Assembly: GCA_965279515.1 (NCBI GenBank)
Contig: CBDIID010000003.1
Location: 3,584,001-3,648,000, forward strand
Source: Turneriella sp.
GTDB lineage: Bacteria > Spirochaetota > Leptospiria > Turneriellales > Turneriellaceae
Direction of reading: 5' to 3'
DNA length: 64,000 nucleotides
A program made the translations under genes and the position numbers. The notes below the pieces were generated by a model. That model saw nothing but the letters and a program-made list of their open reading frames with translations. It ran no database searches and had not been told where the DNA came from. Shown here piece by piece: positions 57,629 through 64,000 of this stretch; the first letter of the stretch is position 1, and each line of letters begins with the position of its first letter.

Positions 57629-59269
57629 CTACAGTATTCGCATGACGACCATCGTCATGTCATCATGCTGCTCTGCACCAGCCGCGAAATCGTCGAGATC
57701 GCGCACCAATAGATCGATCATTTCTTTGGGGTTTTTGTCTGCATATTCGGCGACTTTTTCGCGTACCCGTTTCAGTCCGAATTCTTCTTTTGTGTGGTTC
57801 CAGCATTCGGTGATACCGTCGGTGTAGAGCACGACAATATCTCCCGATTGCACAGTGAGTTTTGCCAGCCGGTAGACATTTTCTTCTTCGATGCCCATCG
57901 GCAGGCCTTCGAGTTTTGTCGAGGTGCACACCTTGCGGTCGGCGCGGTAGATGAAGATCGGGCCGTGACCGCCATTCGAAAACTCGATTGTTTTGCTCAG
58001 CGGATCAAAAATAAAGAACAGGATCGTCGCAAACTTGTCGATGTGCGCTTCGCCGCACATCACGCGGTTGATCGTGCGCAAGATCGTGTCGCCGCGAATC
58101 GTGTTGAATAATTTCAAATACGTGGAAACGACGGTCTTGATGACCACCATGACAAGCGACGCCGAGATGGATTTTCCGCTGACATCCGAAATCAGCACAG
58201 CGATACGGCCATCGGCCATGACCTGGAAATCGTAGTAGTCGCCGCCGATACCTTTCGCGGCACGCGTGAAACCCTTAATCTGGTATTCGGGTTTTTTCAG
58301 AAAGCGCTGCGGATTCATCCCTTCCTGGATCTCCTGCGCTTGTTTTAACTGGTCGTTAAAAACCGCTTGCTCTTTGGCTTCGCTGCTCGCGCGCTTTAAG
58401 CTTGCCGTCATGGTATTAAATTGTTTTGCGAGTTGCCCCAATTCGTCGCTGCCCAAGGGAGGCAGTGTAACGTCGAGATTGCCCTTGCTGACTTCTTCGG
58501 AACCTTTCGAGAGTACCTTCACCGGCTTTACAATGAAGCGCGAGAGCAGGTAGGCGGCGATCATGGCAAACACAAAGAATCCCGAACCAACAACGCCGAG
58601 TTCAATCCAGCTTTCGCGTATCGAACGGTTGATGTATTCGTCTGTGACGGCCACCTGGGCAACGGCTAAAAGCGGCGGATTGACTTTGACGAAGGGATGA
58701 AAGACCGCTTTATGAAAATACTGAATTTTTACGCTTTTGTCACCGAGATAAGGTTTTTCAACAATCTTCAGGAGTTCGGGAGACGTTGCGACCGATGAAT
58801 TCTGAACCTGCGGTTTTTTATCCTTGGCTTCTTCTTTCCTGGGTGGAGTTTCTTTTGTTTTCCGGTTTTCGGCGCTGTATCCTGCCTGCAGGCCGAAAAT
58901 ATTTTCCCATTCGGCGCGCACCGTTTCGAGCGCATCGCGTTCTATTTCTTTCTGTTTGTCACCCAGGGTCTTGCCGACGCGGCTGATGAGCGGTGCTCTT
59001 TTCGCGGGTGTATAAACAGCCCCGACGGCAAAGCCCGGCAGACCCTGCGCGTTCTGCAGCGAATCGGCCAGCGCCAGGTCGTCGCGGTCAAGTATGGCGC
59101 GTGAGGCAATAAAAGCGAGGCTGGCGAGCTCCTTACGCGCTGTCGCAGACGCGGTGTTCATCAAAACCTGCTTTTTTTCGCGGGCGACGTAAAAGGCGAG
59201 GGAGCCGATCACCGCGGTAATCAGGGCCACGATGAGGGCAGTGAGCTTGAATTGCAGGCCGAAACGCAC
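57629..59269 (-). CDS. HAMP-domain SpoIIE/PP2C phosphatase
   Basis: DELGQLAKQFNTM, GGDYYD, SDVSGK, YTDGITE and HDDMT motifs. Confidence 0.92.
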   Translation of the reverse strand: MRFGLQFKLTALIVALITAVIGSLAFYVAREKKQVLMNTASATARKELASLAFIASRAILDRDDLALADSLQNAQGLPGFAVGAVYTPAKRAPLISRVGKTLGDKQKEIERDALETVRAEWENIFGLQAGYSAENRKTKETPPRKEEAKDKKPQVQNSSVATSPELLKIVEKPYLGDKSVKIQYFHKAVFHPFVKVNPPLLAVAQVAVTDEYINRSIRESWIELGVVGSGFFVFAMIAAYLLSRFIVKPVKVLSKGSEEVSKGNLDVTLPPLGSDELGQLAKQFNTMTASLKRASSEAKEQAVFNDQLKQAQEIQEGMNPQRFLKKPEYQIKGFTRAAKGIGGDYYDFQVMADGRIAVLISDVSGKSISASLVMVVIKTVVSTYLKLFNTIRGDTILRTINRVMCGEAHIDKFATILFFIFDPLSKTIEFSNGGHGPIFIYRADRKVCTSTKLEGLPMGIEEENVYRLAKLTVQSGDIVVLYTDGITECWNHTKEEFGLKRVREKVAEYADKNPKEMIDLLVRDLDDFAAGAEQHDDMTMVVMRIL

Positions 59270-59335
59270 GAAGTCCGTAAAGTCGCCTTAGATTTGACAC
59301 CGTATGTCAAACACAAGTTAGGGGCGCCATTCATT

Positions 59336-61258
59336 ATGAGCACAACGCAAACCTTTGAATTTCAGGCCGAAACCCGGCAACTCATGGATCTGATGATCCA
59401 TTCGATTTATTCCAATAAAGAGATATTCCTGCGCGAATTGATCTCCAATGCCTCAGATGCGATCGATAAGCGCAAATTTCTGGGGCTGACCGATAAGACT
59501 ATCACCCAGGAAACGAATAACTTTATCCGCATCGAAGTCGATAAGGCGGCGCGCCGCCTGACAATCACCGACACTGGTATCGGTATGAACCGCGACGAAG
59601 TCGTCAGCAATATCGGTACGATCGCCAAGTCGGGTACCAAAGAAGTTTTAGAACAGATGAAATCCGCCGGTAACGTCGCTGACCTGATCGGCCAGTTCGG
59701 CGTGGGTTTCTACTCGGCCTTTATGGTCGCCGATAAGATCACGATGCTGACGCGCCGGGCAGATTCCCCTGCCGGTGTGCGCTGGGTTTCGACGGGCGCT
59801 GGCACCTACACCGTCGATGAAGAAGATAAGGTGACCGTCGGCACAACCATCATTCTCGATCTGAAGACGGCAGATGCCGAGAACGGCCTCCCCGATTTCT
59901 GCGATGAATTCGTCGTCGAGAGTACGGTGAAAAAATATTCGGATTTCATTACGTACCCGATTCTGATGAAGAAAGAAGTCTATAAGACCGTCGGCGAAGG
60001 CGAAAACGCAAAATCTGAAAAGTCGATCGAAGAAGCGACGCTGAACTCGATGAAGCCGATCTGGACGCGCGCAAAAGCAGATGTCAAAGACGAGGAGTAC
60101 AATGAGTTCTATAAGCACCTTTCGCATGACTGGGAAGATCCGCTTAAAGTCATTAACTACCGCGCCGAAGGCCGCATTGAGTATACTTCGCTCCTCTATT
60201 TACCCAAACGCGCGCCGTTCGATCTCTATTACACCAGCTTTAAAGGCGGATTGCAGCTCTATGTGAAGAAGGTGTTGATTCTCGAAAAGGCTGAGGAACT
60301 TTTGCCCCGCTACCTGCGCTTTGTGAAGGGCGTGGTCGAAAGCGCTGATATGCCGCTCAACATCTCGCGTGAAATTCTGCAGCAAGACCGCCACATCGCC
60401 GCGGTGCGCAAGGGACTCACCACAAAGATTATTTCTTCGCTCACTGAGCTCATGGAAAAAGAGCGCGATAAGTTTGCCGACTTCTACAAGGAGTTCGGCC
60501 CCGCGCTGAAAGAAGGTGCTTCGACAGATCACGAGAATAAAGAAAAACTCTCAGCGCTTTTGCTCTTTGCTTCTTCGAATGATGCGGAAAAAACCACCAC
60601 GCTCAAAGAATATATTTCGCGCATGAAGCCTGAGCAGAAAGATATCTATTACCTTTCGGGCGAGTCGCGCCTGACGCTCGAAAATTCACCGCACACAGAG
60701 TCGCTGCGCGCGAAGGGTTATGAGATCCTCTATCTCATCGACGCCTACGATGAAATCGTGCTGCAGAACATCGGCGATTTCGACAGCAAAAAATTCAAAT
60801 CGGCCGCGAAGGGCGAACTCGATCTCGCCGACGAAAAACAAAAAGAGAAAGATACCGAGAAACTCAAGGAAGCAGATAAGGCAATGGGGCCGCTTTTGGG
60901 TTCGCTCAAGGAACACCTGAAAGACCAGGTGAAAGAGGTGAAGTTTACTTCCGTGCTGGTTTCAGCCCCGTCGCGGGTTGTCGGCGAAGAGTTTGATGTC
61001 TCGCCCTATCTCGAAAAAATTCTGTCGCGCAACGGCGAGAAAATGCCGCCGCGGCTGAAGACCCTCGAAATCAACCCGGAGCATGAGCTGACGAAAAAAC
61101 TTTTTGCGCTATACGATAAAAATCCCAGCGCGCCCGAACTCGCCGACTATGCCCAGATACTCTATGGCCATGCGGTGATCGCCGACGGCGGCGAACTCAA
61201 AGATGTAGCACGGTTTAATAAGGCATTGCTCGCGGTAGCCACCGGGGCGCTGAAATAA
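59336..61258 (+). CDS. htpG: Molecular chaperone HtpG (Hsp90)
   Basis: FQAETRQL, YSNKEIFLRELISNASDA, IGQFGVGFYSAF and LNISRE motifs. Confidence 0.97.
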   Translation: MSTTQTFEFQAETRQLMDLMIHSIYSNKEIFLRELISNASDAIDKRKFLGLTDKTITQETNNFIRIEVDKAARRLTITDTGIGMNRDEVVSNIGTIAKSGTKEVLEQMKSAGNVADLIGQFGVGFYSAFMVADKITMLTRRADSPAGVRWVSTGAGTYTVDEEDKVTVGTTIILDLKTADAENGLPDFCDEFVVESTVKKYSDFITYPILMKKEVYKTVGEGENAKSEKSIEEATLNSMKPIWTRAKADVKDEEYNEFYKHLSHDWEDPLKVINYRAEGRIEYTSLLYLPKRAPFDLYYTSFKGGLQLYVKKVLILEKAEELLPRYLRFVKGVVESADMPLNISREILQQDRHIAAVRKGLTTKIISSLTELMEKERDKFADFYKEFGPALKEGASTDHENKEKLSALLLFASSNDAEKTTTLKEYISRMKPEQKDIYYLSGESRLTLENSPHTESLRAKGYEILYLIDAYDEIVLQNIGDFDSKKFKSAAKGELDLADEKQKEKDTEKLKEADKAMGPLLGSLKEHLKDQVKEVKFTSVLVSAPSRVVGEEFDVSPYLEKILSRNGEKMPPRLKTLEINPEHELTKKLFALYDKNPSAPELADYAQILYGHAVIADGGELKDVARFNKALLAVATGALK

Positions 61259-61318
61259 AACCCCTCCCCAACCCCTCCCCTATTAGGGGAGGGGTGCCCG
61301 AAGGGCGGGGTGGGGTTT
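61258..61318. repeat. Short palindromic element (family A), inverted relative to 21008
   Basis: ACCCCTCCCCTATTAGGGGAGGGGT is identical to 21027-21051; followed by GCCC-GAA-GGGC and GGGGTGGGGT. Confidence 0.85.
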
Positions 61319-62508
61319 CCGCCGCGGCGAATCTTTCTAACCGCGAACGCCATCTCGTCGCCCTGTGGCGCGCCTATCTCGACCATCCCACGGCGCGGCA
61401 GGCCGACAAGTGGCTCGCGCAGTATTTCCGCGATCACAAGGCATACGGTAAGAAAGACCGCGCCTGGTACAGTGAGGAATTTTTCTCCCTGCTGCGCCGG
61501 GCCGTGGCTTTTTTGCCCGAAGATAAGACCAAAGATGCCGGGACGGTTTGGCACGAGTTGAAACTCGCCCCTATCCCCCAGCCCCTTTCCCCTAGTCAGG
61601 GGAAAGGGGAGCACAGTGCTCCTCCCCCAGACTTGGGGCGAACGCTGCCCCAAACATGGGTCGAATGGCTGAAGAACTCTTCACTGCCTGACGCAGCGAT
61701 TCCCGGTTTTCTGGAGCAGCTTGCGACCAAACCCCCTTTGTACCTGCGTGCCAATTACCCCGACAAGGTCAGTGAGATCGAAACCGAACTCAGGGCGGCC
61801 GGTTATGCCGTCACGACGACAAAGCGCGATTCGGGACTTGTCACCTTTGCCGTGCAGGGGCAGAAGCCGATCTATGAACTGGCCTGCCTGAAAGCCGGTC
61901 TCATCGAAATCCAGGACCTGGCCTCGCAGCTTTTGGGCGAGGCTGTCGATGCCCACCCGGGCATGGCGGTGTGGGATGTCTGCGCGGGCGGCGGCGGCAA
62001 AACGCTGCAGATCGCCTCGCAGATGCAGAACCGCGGCGTACTCTATGCCTCTGACATCCGCGACTACAAGCTCGACGAATTGAAGCTGCGTGCCCGCCGG
62101 GGGGGATTTCATAATGTGCGCCGGTTTGTTTACGACGCAGAGACTTCGCCCGAGCTTACAAAAGAAGTCAAAAACTCGGGCGGTTTTCACCGTATTCTCG
62201 TCGATGCGCCTTGCACCGCTTCGGGTACTTTGCGCCGCAACCCCGACGTGCGTTACCGCATCATGCCTGGTGACCCCGAAAAGTTCTCTGAGCTACAGCT
62301 GAAAATTCTGACTGCGGTGCACCCTCACCTGAAGCTTGGCGGCAAACTCATCTATGCAACCTGCAGTGTTTTCAGGGAAGAGAATGAAAAAGTTGTGGAA
62401 AAATTTTTGCTTGGCTGTCCCGGCTTTTCCCTCAGTGAGGCAAAGTGTGTCGGCTCGCCTGAGATCGACGCAGACACCATGTTCTTCGCCGTTCTCGAAA
62501 GGAAATGA
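61294..62508 (+). CDS. RsmB/NOP2-family RNA m5C methyltransferase
   Basis: IQDLASQ, WDVCAGGGGKT, LVDAPCTASG..RRNPD and YATCS motifs; start uncertain because it lies in a repeat. Confidence 0.9.
   Translation: MPEGRGGVSAAANLSNRERHLVALWRAYLDHPTARQADKWLAQYFRDHKAYGKKDRAWYSEEFFSLLRRAVAFLPEDKTKDAGTVWHELKLAPIPQPLSPSQGKGEHSAPPPDLGRTLPQTWVEWLKNSSLPDAAIPGFLEQLATKPPLYLRANYPDKVSEIETELRAAGYAVTTTKRDSGLVTFAVQGQKPIYELACLKAGLIEIQDLASQLLGEAVDAHPGMAVWDVCAGGGGKTLQIASQMQNRGVLYASDIRDYKLDELKLRARRGGFHNVRRFVYDAETSPELTKEVKNSGGFHRILVDAPCTASGTLRRNPDVRYRIMPGDPEKFSELQLKILTAVHPHLKLGGKLIYATCSVFREENEKVVEKFLLGCPGFSLSEAKCVGSPEIDADTMFFAVLERK
61568..61639. repeat. In-frame C/G-tract palindrome inside the RsmB-type gene
   Basis: CCCCTTTCCCCT-AGTC-AGGGGAAAGGGG, GAGCAC-A-GTGCTC and CCCCA-GACT-TGGGG hairpins; encodes PIPQPLSPSQGKGEHSAPPPDLG. 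Confidence 0.7.
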
Positions 62509-62738
62509 CCGATTTAATTCTCGCACAATACGCTGCCGGTGCGTTCTGCCAGCTGCTGCAGGCAGGGCATATCATTGTGGGATTTCTTTACGTGCTAACG
62601 ATGGCGATCGTTGTAGTGCTGGGCTTCGTCTTCGATGTCGTCACCTGGTTCACACTGGGGCTTTACGAGCATTATCTGCCATGGATGCTGAAGGCCTTCC
62701 ATTTTCTCATGGACGGCCTTAACGGTTACAGCTGCTGA
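62505..62738 (+). CDS. Small hypothetical membrane protein
   Basis: Hydrophobic 77 aa; ATGA overlap with the upstream gene. Confidence 0.55.
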   Translation: MTDLILAQYAAGAFCQLLQAGHIIVGFLYVLTMAIVVVLGFVFDVVTWFTLGLYEHYLPWMLKAFHFLMDGLNGYSC

Positions 62739-62743
62739 AAGTT

Positions 62744-63559
62744 TTACGTCAGGTAAATTTCCGTCAGTGACTTCGTCAGGAATTCAAAGGCGTCATCGGG
62801 GCTGTCTGCAAAATGGATATACTTGAGATCTTCATGTTTTATCATTTTCCAGTCGGCGATGGCCTTCCAGTTTATAATCTCATTCCAGTATTCACTGCCA
62901 TACACAACGATGGGTAATCTTTTCTCGACCTTTCTTGTCTGCACCAGCGTCAGAATCTCGAACAGCTCATCGAAGGTACCGAAGCCGCCGGGAAAGGCGA
63001 CAAGCGCCTTGGACATATTAGCCAGCCAGAACTTGCGCATGAAAAAATAATGAAATTCAAAATTCAGGTTCTGTGTGATGTAGGGATTCGGTTCCTGTTC
63101 AAAGGGCAGCGAGATATTCATGCCGACGCTTAAGCCCCGCGCATGCGCCGCACCGCGGTTCGCTGCCTCCATGATACCGGGGCCGCCTCCCGAGCAGATG
63201 AGAAAGCGCCGTGCCGAGGCTGGCAATGATTTTGACCAGCGCGTCAGGCGGTACGATAAGCGGACCGCGTCTTTGTAGTACCGCATGCGCAGGTTGAATT
63301 TTTTTTCCTCGTCGGCATCAAAACTTTGCTCGGCGATAAGCCGCTCACGTTCGGCCTTGGCCTGTGCCGGCGCCGGCAACCGCGCCGAACCGAAAAAAAC
63401 GATCGTGTCTTTGACACGCATTTTATCCAGGTGTGTCAGCGGCATGAGATATTCCGATAAGATACGCAGCGAGCGCGCCTCAAAGGACGTCATGAAGTCC
63501 GGGTCTTCGTATGCTTTTGTTAAAATGCGCTTTTTGACCATTATCTGTTTTATCGGCAT
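62744..63559 (-). CDS. LOG / lysine-decarboxylase-like family protein
   Basis: FFGSAR, GGGPGIMEAANRGA, FHYFFMRK and FPGGFGTFDELFE motifs; start may be 63541. Confidence 0.92.
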   Translation of the reverse strand: MPIKQIMVKKRILTKAYEDPDFMTSFEARSLRILSEYLMPLTHLDKMRVKDTIVFFGSARLPAPAQAKAERERLIAEQSFDADEEKKFNLRMRYYKDAVRLSYRLTRWSKSLPASARRFLICSGGGPGIMEAANRGAAHARGLSVGMNISLPFEQEPNPYITQNLNFEFHYFFMRKFWLANMSKALVAFPGGFGTFDELFEILTLVQTRKVEKRLPIVVYGSEYWNEIINWKAIADWKMIKHEDLKYIHFADSPDDAFEFLTKSLTEIYLT

Positions 63560-63587
63560 TTGTTTCCCGGGGCCGTTGTTAATTACA

Positions 63588-64000
63588 ATGCCGCTGAGCC
63601 CGGGTACCCACGCTGAAACCGGTAAGAAACGCTGGCAGCCGCTGCGCGCAGAGAAGGATATCCTGCTGCTCCGGAACCAGCCTCACCACGTGATTGAAGG
63701 CACCGGCGCCGCGGGTATGCTTTTGGGTGAGAGCGAAATTGAGCTCAGGCAACGTTATGGCTCTCCCGCGTACCGCGATCATGCCGCCCCCGAGACACTC
63801 TATTATACCGAAGAAAAATTCAACGCGGCCTTTGTGCTGCGCAACGGCCGAATTACGGAAATCCGCCTCGAAATTGAAAAGTATAAGTCGCCGTCGAACG
63901 AATGGTTCACAGCGCTGGGTCTCTATGAAAGCGACCTCAGAAAGTTTACACTCCTGGAAGCGGCATCATATTTGCAGAGATTCTACCGTACCAAACGACT
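63588..64000 (+). CDS. Hypothetical protein, running off the window end
   Basis: Open frame from ATG at 63588 (MPLSPGTHAE...) that appears to continue to the window end. Confidence 0.6.
   Translation, partial: MPLSPGTHAETGKKRWQPLRAEKDILLLRNQPHHVIEGTGAAGMLLGESEIELRQRYGSPAYRDHAAPETLYYTEEKFNAAFVLRNGRITEIRLEIEKYKSPSNEWFTALGLYESDLRKFTLLEAASYLQRFYRTKR

Overview
Gene-dense bacterial chromosomal window. It is most likely from a GC-rich member of the Leptospiraceae (Turneriella-like); this is an inference from the DUF1554/Len-type and WG-repeat proteins, multiple STAS and SpoIIE/PP2C genes, short EF-Ts and fliO-fliP. Core genes: rpsB-tsf-pyrH-frr-uppS, nuoA-nuoB, fliO-fliP, mgtE-trpC, dsbD, cmoA-cmoB, htpG, an RsmB-type methyltransferase and a LOG protein. 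Accessory parts: an ECF sigma/FecR locus with beta-barrel and surface-lipoprotein genes (4.6-14 kb), an AT-richer island with repeats, a duplicated gst 5' end and vapBC (45.7-52.4 kb), and decayed genes. Main hunt results: (1) a ~470-bp DUF559-nuclease cassette bounded by ACCCCACCCC/GGGGTGGGGT inverted repeats and a GTGA direct repeat, with gene-less ~55-bp copies of the same ends elsewhere, one of them read in frame inside dsbD; (2) a second family of 57-nt in-frame palindromic insertions with covarying stems in cmoB and an FAD oxidoreductase; (3) a TGGCAY-N17-CGTA promoter seen four times, outlining a probable ECF regulon; (4) attC-like repeats behind cassette-like genes; (5) a candidate LCIB/theta-type carbonic anhydrase. 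No rRNA, tRNA or CRISPR array was recognised. All family assignments come from motif recognition by eye, not from database searches.
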